Assembly: GCA_020137815.1 (NCBI GenBank)
Contig: CM035356.1
Coordinates: 5,084,001 to 5,148,000 of the forward strand
DNA: 64,000 bases
Source of the DNA: Hormiphora californensis
Lineage: Eukaryota > Animalia > Ctenophora
Direction of reading: 5' to 3'
The position numbers and the translations under genes are program-made. Below are positions 25,071 through 38,145 of the stretch, in pieces (position 1 is the first letter of the stretch; every line of letters starts with the position of its first letter). Under the pieces are notes generated by a model. That model had not been told where the DNA came from. It did not search any database and worked only from the letters and a program-made list of their open reading frames with translations.

Positions 25071-26155
25071 AAGAGATAAATGAAAGGGCCCCAGTGTTGA
25101 CAGAGCTAGAATTATTCCTCCAGAATTCTATTTCCTAGCTCCCTGCTGTTCTAAAGCTGGTTAGACCCCTTCTCTCTGTGCGGTGTGCACAAACTGCTGC
25201 AAACTCTGCAAAATATCCTAAGATACTCTCCTATAACTCCCTGATAATGATTATATCCCTGCAGGGATCATCCTGCTGCTGCAGAGGAACCCATATAAAG
25301 TCTGCAATGTATCGCCCGAGAACTGAGCTGCCGTTGGGCGAGCAGAGAGCACCCGCGTGTGACAAAGAAAGAGAGAAAGATAGAGGAGAGAGAGAGAGAG
25401 AGATGCAAAAAGCTAGAGAGAAGAACAGAGAAACATGTCATACAAAGAAATGCGTAGAAAGTGTTATTTAGAGAACGGGCATAAAAATGAAACTGGAAGA
25501 TAGGAATGGAGAGAGAGAGAGAGAGATGGAGAGAGAGAGATGGAGAGAGAGAGATGGAGGGAGATAGAGAGAGAGAAAGAGGCCCGGTAGCTTCTTGATA
25601 CCTCTCCTCGTGTAAAGGAAACCCCATCTTGGGTGTGGCTATTTCTGTGTGTGTTAGTAGTACACGTCTACCATAATCCGTCAGAGGAATAATCTGAGAC
25701 CCATTTTGGAGGTAAGTAGGAAGATGGGAATTGAGAGGGCAAGGAGGAGGCTGTTTACGTGGTGAAACAGGGTCGACCAAGGCAAACGGCTGGCCGCCTG
25801 GAGGGTATCATCATCATGAGGGGGAGGGGGCTGAAGGGGTGTTGTTACTGCCACTGTATAACATGGTTATACAGTGGCAAGGAATAAGGCTGGGACGGCT
25901 GGGACGGCTGGAATTAATTGAACATTTTAGGGATGCAGTAACAAGTGCCATCTGTTAGGCCATATAAAGAGTTTGAGAGGGTCGAAATAACTATCTCTCT
26001 CTCTAACGAGGGGGGAGTAACACAATAAATAACACTGGTCAATTGTAAAAGATAAATGCGTTATAGAATTAAGTTGGTTAAATTTAAAACATTAATAACT
26101 TAGTTTTACTCTGTCAGCTCTAGTACAAATACACGCAAAATAAAATGTCTGCCCT

Positions 26156-27119
26156 CTACACACAACCCTCTATATTTTTGTCTTTTCGCCACTTGGATCT
26201 GCGGTTTTGGAACCAGTTCTTCACCTGCTCCTCATGTAAACTCAAATCACAGGCGACAACCTCCCTCTCCTTTGCATCCAAATACTTCTTGTCCTCAAAG
26301 ATCTTCTCTAGTTCCACCACTTGACTATCTGTAAAGTGCGTTCGGGGCTTCCGAGGACGCTTCTTTTCAAATAACAGGGGCATGGCACCCGTGGAGTCGA
26401 ATCGAGCATGTTTCACAACCCCAGAGTCTAGCAGGAAGTCTATTCGGTAGGGCAGGGTTTTCTGGGGATCACCATCAGGTGGGGGTGGTAAATGGCAGAT
26501 CTTCTTCTCATTCTCTTCATCAGATGTAGAGCGAGGGGCGGGACGGGGCCGCTTTTCAGCACGGGTTGAGGTTGGAGGAAGGACGACAACACTAGGCTGT
26601 ACTGCAGGAGCAACTGGAGTGAAATCAGGATCTCTGGGGGTCACTAAATTAACCCTGGCCGGTAGTTCATCTTCATAGATCGGATCAAGAACAACGACAC
26701 GAGGTGCAGTGTCAATACTCTGGAAGTGTTTGCATTGTTTGAACTCACTGACTCCCTCTCTTGTACACTCCTCACAGACAGATCTGTAGTTGCATTTTGG
26801 AGAGTGTTGCCAGTGGGCCATGACCTCCTCAGGGGTCGGGAAGACAAACCCACACCGGGCACACACACAAGAGTTGTAGGGGAAGAGCTGGGGCGAGCTG
26901 TCGACCGGAGACACACTCAACATCTTCATGTAAGGACCAGTGGAACCATTTTTGGGATTCTCTTTGGAGTGATTGTTATTCACTTTCGTCACCTGGGAAG
27001 AAAGGTGTTAACGAACAAGTGATTAGCGAATGTGAGTAAGTGAAATCTTAACTCACCTGAAATTCGTAGGCTGAATTTAGCTTTTCTTCTGAGTTTGGAT
27101 GATCATTTTGTTCAGCCAT
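26156..27119 (-). CDS. ANTP-class (NKL-like) homeobox transcription factor, 2 exons (27057-27119, 26156-26992)
   Basis: Homeodomain PRKPRTHFTDSQVVELEKIFEDKKYL...QVKNWFQNRRSKWRK (Q50); eh1-like YRIDFLL; Cys/His cluster in the N-terminal part. Confidence 0.9.
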
Positions 27120-27444
27120 TACATTCTACGAAGCGATCAAATAAGTTTTTAATAAGTTTTAGTTTGAGATATGGATCATGGGAGTTGGGCCGGACAGGAG
27201 GGACTGGCGAAGCTTCAAGCTTGACTTTGTTAAACAAAGTTTGTTTTGCAAAAAGACAAAAACGTTTCGCAAAAAACGGGTTCAGAAATTTTAAAATCTG
27301 AGCTCCAATATTTTAGTACGGTGCCGCGCCGCGCATTATGTAATGCGCTTGATTTGATTTAAATGACGCTGCATTAATGCGCGGCGTAAGACTTCGAAAT
27401 TATGAACTTTTTTTTCGAACTTTTCGCTTGGTTTTGCGATTTCC

Positions 27445-27600
27445 AAATGAGGCCCCTCGGAAATGTTCAAGTCATGCACAATCAAGTCACGCCCACCAAT
27501 CACAGCTCAGAACGCGCAGAGTGCTTCGCGCGTTCTGCGCTGTGATTGGTGGGCGTGACTTGATTGTGCATGACTTGAACATTTCCGAGGGGCCTCATTT
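27445..27600. repeat. ~156-bp near-perfect palindrome (MITE-like) between the divergent homeobox and NUP93 genes
   Basis: AAATGAGGCCCCTCGGAAATG...CATTTCCGAGGGGCCTCATTT with a ~10-nt loop. Confidence 0.85.
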
Positions 27601-27959
27601 CGACAGTTCAGTTTCCGAGGGAAAACGTTAAAATCTGGGTGCCTTTCATTGCTAACAATTCGTAGTTTTGGCGCGCGCGACGGGTTAGGGCTATCCGTTA
27701 GGGTCTGGTTAGGGTTTGGTTTGGGGTTATCGGTTAGCGCTATCGATTCTTTAACTGATACCGTTTAGTTTACTCAAATCGGCCATGTGGTTCCATGGCT
27801 ATAGCCGTTTGAAAAAAGTCGGTCTAAATATACTCTTTTGGTAGCGCGCACCTGTAAACAGGCTGCAAGGCACCCAGATTATAATCGCGCCCGTTTCCGA
27901 GCGGCCAGGAAGATCTGTGACAGGCACAAGGAGTGTTACGCTGAAACCTCAAACCATGT

Positions 27960-28246
27960 CCTTCATTCATGAAAAGACACGATTCACACCAGCTGTTTTC
28001 TCTACCTCTGGAATCATGGGCGATGAGGCTGATAAACTTTACAAACAAATTGCCCACCTACTCTCAAAAAAGACCAAACAGTCCTACCCCGATTGCATCC
28101 GGTATATCAGACAGAGACTATCTTTCTGCCTGTTAAAAACTCTTATCATTAGTCTCCGGGGTCATCGTGGCCAGAGCCCGAAGAGTTTTAGTGATCGCAA
28201 TGATATTAACATTTTATACATGATTAAAAACAATAACCAGAATTAA
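27960..28246 (+). mobile_element. 3' fragment of an RLE-type (CRE-like) non-LTR retrotransposon
   Basis: FTPAVFSTSGIMGDEADKLYKQIAHLLSKK...YIRQRLSFCLLKTLIISLRG resembles the typical C-terminus of such elements. Confidence 0.65.
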
Positions 28247-28622
28247 TTTATTATACCCAATTTATGTACAGATAAGATTGATTTCTATATCCATTTTACT
28301 AATTGAACCGGTACCCCGGCTTTCGCAAGCTTATTGAGATCAATACTTGTTGCGCTTAGGGGCACCAAGGTCCAAGAGAGTAGAGACGTGTGATCCCAGC
28401 CAGAGTGGAAGACGTTGACTTTCAAGATACGTGAGCAGAGAGAGGGGGTATGAGTGTATGAGGGTGTGTTGGTTATTTATTGCTTAATTGAATGTTTTGG
28501 TTCAGTTTCCGTCGTCCTATGGTACACCCGCACAGTCGTGTTCCTCTCATTTTCTCACGTTTCCGTCGCACGTGCCCTCTCGATTGTTGCGATCGTTCCT
28601 AACACTTTCACATTTCTTTAGG

Positions 28623-30996
28623 ATGTCGGTTAGCTTTGCGGAGCTACTGCAGAGTGCTGAACAGCTCAATGCGGACACTGCCAGCTCTACTTCACTACCC
28701 CGAGTTCACCGGAATCTCGGACAGATCGCTGAGGCTGGGGAGCGGTTATGGATGAAAACTGCTGCCATGGCAACGGACGATAGTGCTGATGTAAAGGCAT
28801 CCATTCTTCTCGGTTCCCGGGGGTTCGATGTTCCTTCCATGGCACAAAAGATGGAAACTTTGAAGACAACGAGTATCGAACCATCAGAAAGTTCATCAGT
28901 AACCGATATCACTGGTTTCCTGAAAAGCGAGAGAGAGCAAGCCCTTCTCAGTGCGATTATTGAGAGTAAGAGTAGCACTATAAAGAGTGCTACCCAGCGA
29001 CACAGTCAGGCCCTCCAAATGCAGTGGGAAGCTGAGAAGGAGCGAGTTCTATCTGCTCTCCTAGGGTCCACTAAAACAGAGGTACATGTACCACTGGATC
29101 TCCAACCTCTCTCAGTTAACTCTTCCTTCTGGGGGAAAGATGCTGCGATGGGCCAGGATGAGGTTTCATATTCTGAGGTTATTAGTAGGAGGAACGAGGC
29201 GGTTATTAGCTGGTCGACGGTACCCTCTAATCGATGAGTTTATCCACACAATTCAACAGTTTGGGGAGAGCAAGGCGGTGCTGGATTGTTGGGAATTGGT
29301 TGAGGTCCTCGTTAACAGTGTCTCATTCGACGACCCTGCTCTTCGCTTCAAACCCACAAACACAATGGATCTTCTCAGGAAGTCTGTAGAATATCTGGAG
29401 CGTGGATTTGTTCAGTTCGTCCAGACTACTATCTGTGGTCAGTTGGAGGTAGCAGAACTAGGTGGGGTGCCTGGTGTAATGGAGTTAGCGAGCAGTTACC
29501 TCTCAGTTCGCAGTCAGGAGGTTTCAGTATGGGGTTTAGTGTTCGTCTGTCTGAGATGTGGGTCTCCTGCTGCTGCTCTGAAAGTTCTACAAGATGACGG
29601 ATACGAGGGTGAAATCGAGACTATTTTAGAGAACTGGGCGAACCTCTCTCAACCCACTGCTGCGCGAGATAAGGTCCGGCAGTTGTACTATGGTGGTGTT
29701 AACGGGTGTGGAGACCCCTATAAGAGGCTGGTATTTAGCATCCTGGGTGGGTGTGATATTGAGAGGAGACATGGTGATATCCTGTCAACTGTCCAGGATT
29801 ACATCTGGTTGAAACTCGTGCACGTGCTGACTTGTCATGGTGCGGGGCGAGATTTCAGGTCGAACAAGGACAAGGTAACACTATCTGAGGTGCAGGAGCA
29901 TGTACTAAAAGAGTATGGTGAGAACCACTTTAGCTCTCTAAACAGCCCCTACCTGTACGCTCTTGTTCTCCTGTTGACGGGACTCTACGAGAGTGCTATA
30001 GAGGTATTGTACAGAGGTGAAGAGAGTAGAGCTAACGCCATCCATCTAGCTCTTACTCTCCACTCTCACGGTCTCCTAAACATCTCCCTCTCACCACACC
30101 TCCCTATTCTGAGTGAGAGTGATGAAGACCCCACACCACACCGCCGTCTCAATCTGTGCCGGATTGTTATTGGCTACACTCGCAAGTTCGCCTGTTCCAG
30201 TCCTACCAGTGCCCTCAATTACTACTACCTTCTACACGGTATACAGAACGAGGAAGGGGAGGACATGTTCGCAGTGTGTATTGCAGACCTAATCCAAGAG
30301 AGCAAGGAGTATAGAACCCTACTGGGGTACCTGGATACTACAGGGAGGAAGACTAAGGGGGCCATTGATAGGTTTAATGTGAACCATTCTCTTATTATCT
30401 GTACCGTGGCTGAGGCTGCTGAGAAGAGGGGGTGTTGGGAGGAAGCTGTCACACTATACGAGCTAGCTTCTAATTATGAGAAAGTTTTGGAGATATTGAT
30501 TGAAGAGCTATCTAGACGGTTCATGAGTAACGATAAAGGACACGAGCATGTTCACCAGATAGCATGTGATGTGGAGAAGAGAGCACATCACGTCTCCCTC
30601 CGTAAACAGTTCCTACTCCTGCTGGATCTCTACCAGTTCCATAATCTTTACCACGCAGGAAAGTTAGAGGAGGCCCTAGATGTGATAACTAAACTACAAC
30701 TAGTACCCCTCTCTCAAGATGCGATCAGTCACCGGATTCAAGGATTCAAATCATTTAGCGACGAACTGAGGAGGTGTGTTCCTGATATATTGATCATGGT
30801 GATGTCCATCCTAAACAAGATGTACCGTGGTGCTAGCCAGAACTCGACTAGTTTCTATGGGGGCCAGAACAAACAGGCTCAACAGATCCGAGACCAGGCT
30901 AAGGTAGTGATGAGATTCGCTGGGATGTTGCCCTACAGCATGCCAGGTGATACACACGCACAGCTTTCCTTACTAGACGCCCCAATGAGGTACTGA
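28623..30996 (+). CDS. NUP93: Nucleoporin Nup93/Nic96, intronless, one frameshift near 29200-29210
   Basis: MSVSFAELLQSAEQL...LPRVHRNLGQI...ASILLGSRGFD in one frame, continuing in ORF 29086-30996 (AELGGVPG, WGLVFVCLRCG, DPYKRLV, QDYIWLKL, FAGMLPYSMPGDT). Confidence 0.9.
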
Positions 30997-31454
30997 ATCA
31001 CGTGACACAATGAGGTACTGAATCACGTGACACAATGAGGTACTGAATCACGTGACTGTGATGTCATCAAGGCGCCCAATGACACGTGACGTCACCACGT
31101 GTCACCACTGAGAGATATATTTGACATGCAACGGTTTTCTTTTTACTCGTCCCACACTCTCTATTCTGCTGTGTTCTGGACAATCTTCAACAACGCTCTC
31201 CCGGTTTTACAAATGACACTTTTTTAACTCTCTCTATCCCCGTGTTGCTGTTGTTGTACCGTTGCGGCATCTTCTTAAAGATTTAAATATTTTTGTTTCA
31301 TTATTGGAAATTTAAGATTAAACTTTTGTGTTTGTTCTCATCTCCCTATCCTCAACACCTGTCCCCTTATTGTATACCTGGTACCTAGCAAATCCTGCAA
31401 TTGATTCCCCCTAACACTATATCCCTGTCCCCTATTTGATATTATTGCACCATT

Positions 31455-31758
31455 CAGTATCTCACCTCTCTCCTCTCTTTGTAGTGTACCCCCAGCAGTA
31501 CCTCACCTCTCTCCTCTATATTTGTAGTGTACCCCCAGCAGTACCTCACCTCTCTCCTCTCTATTTGTAGTGTAACCCATTCAGTATCTCACCTCTTCCC
31601 CCTCTCTATTTGTAGTGTACCCCATTCAGTATCTGATATCTCTCCCCTCTCTATTTGTAGTGTACCCCCAGCAGTATCTCACCTCTCTCCTCTCTATTTG
31701 TAGTGTACCCCCAGCAGTATCTCACCTCTTCCCCCTCTCTATCCTCTAGTGTACCCCA
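31455..31758 (+). repeat. ~43-bp tandem repeat (~7 copies) of the acceptor upstream of the TXNDC9 ATG
   Basis: CTCACCTCTCTCCTCTATTTGTAG|TGTACCCC units; the last copy runs into the ATG exon. Confidence 0.8.
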
Positions 31759-31770
31759 AGTACCAGAATC

Positions 31771-34700
31771 ATGGCACATCACACACAGCAAGCAGCACAA
31801 CAGGAAATGATGAACAGGATGGTAGCTGGAGCCGTCGAGGCGATGGAGGCTACTGTTGACAAGGTCAGTACCCCAAATATATGGGCATTATATGACGTCA
31901 TTAGCTGATTGAAGATGACTCCCTTCATTATCAATTGAAGAATAGAAGAACCAGAAACTGATATCTCACTATCTCCCCCTCTCACTGTATCCTTATCTCC
32001 CCCTCCCTATCCCCCACGTCTCACTATCTCCCCCCCCTCCCACATCTCACTACCACCCCCTCCCGTCCCCTCTCACTATCTCCCCTTTCACTCTTTCTCT
32101 CCATCTCTCACTATCTCTTCCCTCCCAGGAACTGGAGAAATATGAGAAAATGGACGAGGATGACCTGGAAGCTATCAGGGAAAAACGACTCAAACAAATG
32201 CAGAAATTACAGGTTAGATATCCCCGATTTCCTCAAACATGGGTCCAATTAAATACCATATCCAACATGTATAATAATACGTCTTTGTTTGACACAGAAC
32301 TACAAACATCCACCTTATATCTTGATTCCTTGCCCTGATAAATGATAATCACCACACAACCCCCCCCCCCCCCCTAAATGATAATCACCACACAACACCC
32401 CCCCTCTACTTGCAGGAGAAGAAGCAGGAGTATAAGAACCTTGGACACGGAACCTACGACACTATCACAAATGAGAAGGAATTCTTTGAAATCAGCAAGA
32501 AAAGTGATCGGGTCGTGTGTGCCTTCTACATTGACACATCATTCCGGTAATAATAGCCGGGAAACTAATTAATTTTAGAGGGGTATTGGGATTACATTCA
32601 ATTGGTTTTAGGGCCGTTTAGGGGGGATTATTGGTTATTGGAATCTGATTTCTGAATCTAACTTTAATAAGGGGATTTTAGTAAAAAAAGGGCCAAGTTT
32701 TCAGCAAAATTTTTAACAAGCTAATTTTTTCACCAATAGGTCCGGATAGGTGTCTAGTATCACCAAAAAAAAGTACACGATAATCGGAAGTGCGCACGCG
32801 CGCTGAGCGCGCAAGAAGTAAACACATGTAAATACATGTATTTCTAGCCTGGCACGAAAACCCAAAAACCATCTTAGGAGACGAGTAGAGAAAAAATCAA
32901 GGGCACTAGATTGTGTAGCGTCCTCGCATTAGTGGGGGTAGGTGCTGGAATTAAGTCTCTATCTCATCTGGTTAATTAGATAATTGGATAAATAGATATG
33001 CGCATAACCGTATTTTGGCTATATGGCTATAGCCACTTAGGAATGGTTTAGAGACTTTTCATTGGTGCCATTTTGTTCAGAAAAAAATTTCAATCTAAGA
33101 GTTGTGGAAAAATTTAGAGCCTATCTCTTACCGTTTTGGCGTTATTTGCGGTCAAAGTATGCCAAATCAGCCGAAAATGCCAAAAAATTAGTTAATTGGC
33201 CTTCTTTGACCGCAAATTACGCCAAAACGGTAAGAGATAGGCTCTAAATTTTTCCACAACTCTTAGATTGAATTTTTTTTCTGAACAAAATGGCACCAAT
33301 GAAAAGTCTCTAAACCATTCCTAAGTGGCTATAGCCATATAGCCAAAATACGGTTATGCGCATATCTATTTATCCAATTATCTAATTAACCAGATGAGAT
33401 AGAGACTTAATTCCAGCACCTACCCCCACTAATGCGAGGACGCTACACAATCTAGTGCCCTTGATTTTTTCTCTACTCGTCTCCTAAGATGGTTTTTGGG
33501 TTTTCGTGCCAGGCTAGAAATACATGTATTTACATGTGTTTACTTCTTGCGCGCTCAGCGCGCGTGCGCACTTCCGATTATCGTGTACTTTTTTTTGGTG
33601 ATACTAGACACCTATCCGGACCTATTGGTGAAGAAATTAGCTTGTTAAAAATTTTGCTGAAAAAATATACTAAAATTCCCTAACTACTTGTTGTCCCTAC
33701 CATTTGGTTACAATCCCTCCCTCACTCAGATGCAAGATTGTAGATAAGCATATGACTGACCTGTGTCTCAAGCATTTTGAGGCCCGGTTCATCAGGCTCA
33801 ATGCCGAGAAGGCTCCCTTCCTGGCTGAGAGGCTGAAGATTAAGGTTATGCCTACCATTCTCCTGGTCAAGGATTCTAACGTTATCGACAGGTAATTGAA
33901 ACGTTAATACGACAACCAAGTTGGTTGGTTGGTTGGTTGGTTAGAGCGGTTGGTACTGTTTGGAGCCATATTTAGAGGCTCTCAGGTTGACCATGAGAGG
34001 CTTCCCAGTTTTGGGATTTGCCACCGCTGGGGGGGTTAGAAGTGCACGTGGGTGAATTTTGCAGTACATTGCTGCACGCATTTGGGTGAAGGACTTGAGT
34101 ACCACCGAGAGGTCGAGTTGCCATGGGGCGTCTCGGTGGGTTTGTGGTGAAGAGTATTTGACCGGGGTCCCCCGTGAGGGTGATGAGGGGGGTGGGGGCA
34201 CCCGGTTACTTTCTTCACTTCCTTCCCCATTGGGTCATCTCTCAGTTTGTTTCCCCTAGTTTGTTCGTCTCTTTTATGAATTCTTTGAAAATTTTTACTG
34301 TACCGCTCCAACTGTTGCGAATTGCTGTGATGTGGTCTGTGTAGCTGGCGCCTTCGAAGATTGAGTGTCTTTTCATCTGCATTACTGGGCATCTAGTGAT
34401 TATGTGATTTACAGTTTCGTCCTCCTCCTCGCATAGTCGGCATAAGTTTGTATTTGACTTTCCTATCTTGTGTAGATAGTGGTTTGTCGGTGCATGACCC
34501 GTGATCAGCTGTGTTATTATGCTTCTGCTTGCCCTTTGGTGAATTTTGGTTGTGTTTGGCTCCTGTTTTTTGTATTCGTAAATTTGGTAATTTCCATCTG
34601 CTCCTATGAATGATTTTTCTTTGTTTGCATACATCCTCTTCGTGTATTTTCCTCCATTGTTTTCGAATAGCTGTATCCCGGTGCCCGAATTTTCAAAATT

Positions 34701-37380
34701 TTAGATAAATACGATTTTCAAAAGTCAAATATGCTGCCAACTTTGTCCCAAAAATCGACGATTTTGCTGCCTAGTAAAATAAATGTCTAGAAAGTTTTTA
34801 GAAATCATTTATAAATCATTTGTAAAGTTTGAAAAAATTTAAAAGAATTCTCCCACCCGGGCCCGGTCGGGATTCGAACTCGTGCTGCCGGCAGCACGGA
34901 TCTATCTTAATTAAGCTAAATACGTGCTGCCTCATGCTGCCTTCCATATCATGCTAAGTTTTACCGTTTTTCCCCGTTTATCGGTTTAGGCACTTGTTTA
35001 TCGATACTGTGGATGTCCCTGCACCGAATATTACCAAATTGGATGGGTAGAAGGGCGGAAATAGCCAAAAAATCGGTAAATAATGGTACCCGAGGCAGCA
35101 GAAGGATTAAGAAAATTTGTGACGTTCAATTTGTTTATTTCCTTCATATTCGTGTTTGGAATACTTCTTCGAATATAATAGCCGGAAAAGTAAAACTGAT
35201 ATTGCATAAAATGAGACTAAATTTTCTATGTAAATATGGGGTAAATTTGTGCTGCCTGTGCTGCCTCCACTCTGACGCGTGAGGCCCGGGTTCGATTCCC
35301 GGCCGATCCCGGGTGGGACACTTTTTAAAAACTTTTTAAATGATTTATAGAGATTAAGCCCTGGCCCCCAGTACATTTATTACTGCCGATAGCGATATTT
35401 ATTGAACTGCTGACTACTAGGCAGCTTGTCCAATATGCTGCCTCGCCTTTAATTTGCTGCCAAATTAAGGGCATTACTCTCTTGGGTATTTGCAATATCT
35501 GGGCACCGGGAGCTGTATAGTGGTTTTTTTGGCCTTTTGCTTGAGTATTTTAGTTATATGACTCATTGGTGTTGGACATGTTCTCAACACTCCTAATTTT
35601 GTACCATTTTTCGCTAATTCGTCTGCTATTTCATTTCCTTCATGGCCTTTGTGTGCCTTTGTCCATCTTATTCTTACTTTGTTGTTTATGGCTAGGGTGT
35701 TTAGGTTTTCAGTGCACTCCATCACTGTCTTGTGCCTTACTATCGTTTTGGTTAGTGCTTTTATTGCCGCTTGACTATCCACCCATATGTTTATTTTCTC
35801 TCCCCTTTGGTCTTCTTCTAACAATATTTTAGCCGCTTCTGTTATGGCAACTACTTCTGCTTGGAATACTGTTGCTGTGTCTGGGAGTTTGAAGCATTTT
35901 CTGCCGATCTCTATTCCATTCTTTTCTATGTATACTCCACTTCCCGTCTCTCCGTCCTCATTCTTTGATCCGTCTGTGTAGCATTGTACTGGTTCGCTTC
36001 TACCCGTTTCATCTTCAACTACTTTTGTATATCCTAGCGAATTTTCAGGGACCGTATTGGTGAACGCAGTGTCCAGGTTTAGTGTCGGTGGTGCCGTGTC
36101 TATTTGTTGGTTGCCTATACACTGTAGTATATTTGCGGCTATGTTTGTGTGTCCTTTGTAATTGGGTATTTCTCTGGTCCATTGTCCTTCGTTTTTCAGT
36201 TTTGTTATGGTTTTCGCAGCAACCATTTTCAGGTGTTCTACTATATCGATGGTGTCCGTGAGAATGTTTAGATCTGCCGTCGCTGTTGTGGTTAGTGCTC
36301 CAGTTACCATTTTTAGTGCCTTCCCTTGTATGCTTCTCAGTTCGTTTGCTGTCTTTTTGGAGTTCAATGCGGCATTAGTTATTTCTATGCCGTATTCTAG
36401 ATTAGGTCTAACTACCGCGGTGTAGATCCATTCTGCTATTTTGGGTGTAATGCCCCATTGCTTCCCTACTGCTGTTCTGGTCCTCCCGAGTACTTGTTTG
36501 GCCTTCCTGGCTGCATTTTCGAATTGCGCCTTGAAGTTAAGCTTTTTGTCCAGTATTATCCCTAGCAACCTGGCTTGGGGGCTCGCTTTAATTCTTGTCT
36601 CTTCTATTGTTATACTTGGGTTTGGGGCTTTCCTTCTCCTTGTAAAGAGGACTAGTACTGTTTTGCTTGCACTTAGCTTTAGTCCTTGTGATTTGCACCA
36701 TTCGTTTATGTACGTTGCCGTTTTTTGCATCCTTTGTTTCATTATCTTGATATCATTTCAAGTTGGTACTACAGTTGTTGCTGTGTTCCGTAGGACCGTT
36801 TATTTTATTTCAAATCATCATTTTCTTGAAAAAACCACCGAGGGACAATATCTATGGGACAACCTAATATTTTCCTTTATCTCTCCCAGGGGTTTATCCA
36901 GTTTAAAACACCCCCCCCCCCATTTTAAAACCGTTATTTTCAGGATAACTGGTTTTGATGATCTGGGTAACACTGATAACTTCCCTACCTCCCTATTGGA
37001 ATGGAGAATCGCACAAAACAAAGTCATCAACTACTCAGGTACAGTACTTAACTGTCTTGAGGCTACACTTAGTTAGTTATTATATAGAACTCCCTCTGTA
37101 TATTAGTACACGGAATCCTTTCTTCTGCGTGTGCAGTAGTTCCGGGGGGGGGGGGGGGTTCAGAGTTACCAATTTATCTAGATCCGGTCTGCCCTAATTT
37201 GTACACTACTCTCTCTCTTGGAACCAGCTATTCCCCAACCACCCCTAATAACATGCTATATCTATCTCAGGAGACCTGACAAGGCCACCAGTTGATGAGG
37301 TAAAAGAGAAAAAGAAGGTTGTAATTCAGAGGAATTTGAGACAGGAGGAACATTCTAGCGACAGCGAGTTAGACGACTAA
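31771..37380 (+). CDS. TXNDC9: Thioredoxin domain-containing protein 9 (phosducin-like PhLP3), 6 exons
   Basis: MDEDDLEAIREKRLKQM, GHGTYDTITNEKEFF, RCKIVDKHM...FIRLNAEKAPFLAERLKIKVMPT, ITGFDDLGNTDNFPTSLLEWRI, acidic tail ending at TAA 37378-37380. Confidence 0.93.
32671..33680. mobile_element. ~1-kb palindromic foldback with TAA TSD and GGG...CCC ends (PIF/Harbinger-like MITE) in TXNDC9 intron 3
   Basis: TAA-GGGGATTTTAGTA...TACTAAAATTCCC-TAA; near-perfect arms centred near 33180. Confidence 0.85.
33926..36758 (-). mobile_element. 5'-truncated LINE (RT C-terminal part, RNase H, CCHC knuckle; I/R1/Loa-type) in TXNDC9 intron 4
   Basis: YTDGSK, VFQAEV, VDSQAA, WTKAHKGHEGNEIADELAK; LITGH...CRLCEEEDETVNHIITRC; (CCAA)n 3' tail; apparent TSD CAAGTTGGT at 33917-33925 and 36759-36767. 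Confidence 0.9.
34677..35510. mobile_element. 834-bp non-autonomous DNA element inserted into the LINE ORF
   Basis: 10-bp TIR CCCGGTGCCC/GGGCACCGGG; perfect 8-bp TSD AGCTGTAT; removing it restores the LINE reading frame (TTIQLFENNGGKY). Confidence 0.9.
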
Positions 37381-38145
37381 CAACACCCCGCCCTATTTCA
37401 CTACTACTTTTTTATTTGATCTGCTTGCCCCTCTCTGTACAGTACTATTGAGATATATCTGTGTGTATGTGTATGTATTTTTTCACGGTGCTTGCTTTTT
37501 TCCCAAAAACTCCAAAATATCGCCTATTGATTCTCATTGTGTGTAGCAACGGTAATTGGGGCTGGAGGGCGCGCAGTAGAAACAACAAACAAAGTGGGTG
37601 TTGTCAGCACAGTGTACCGCCGAGCCGCGCACTACGAGTGTAGTATTGGAGATGGGTCAGGTGTGAAATGTGTGTAGAATGTATATCGGACATATACATT
37701 GGTATACATTTGGTTCCTAGAGGTGACATTTAGGTATCTTGATGTTAGGGAAAGTGCAGGACTTCGTTTGCCCTTCCTCATTCAATGGTCTCTATTTTGA
37801 AACGCGGACACTATTTCTGTTCAGCTTCCCATTTCCATCGCTTGCTTGTCACACTCACCACACCTAGCAACACATTCAGCGCTGGAAAGTGCCGTCTCTC
37901 TCACTGCACACTGCACAGCTCTGCGCTTGCACGTACGTTCCTGCCGCGCGCACTAAAAATTCGTGGGTTGAGTAGTCACACGAAGCCCTTTCAATAGCGC
38001 GCGCGCACTAGCAATAAGCAGACCCACCCGTGTTAACATATGGAGGGGGTCTACTTGCTGACTTGGGTGAGAGAAACGGCACATTCCAGCGAAGTAATAG
38101 TAAAAACACGATTTATTTTGGGGTAAAAATTAAGTAAAAGTCCAT

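Noticed and set aside
29190-29237. Programmed ribosomal frameshift in NUP93
   Set aside because: No slippery heptamer or obvious stimulatory structure; a sequencing indel is more parsimonious
35260-35312. tRNA gene
   Set aside because: Only a T-arm/B-box-like part is present; no convincing D-arm or acceptor stem; it lies inside a transposon
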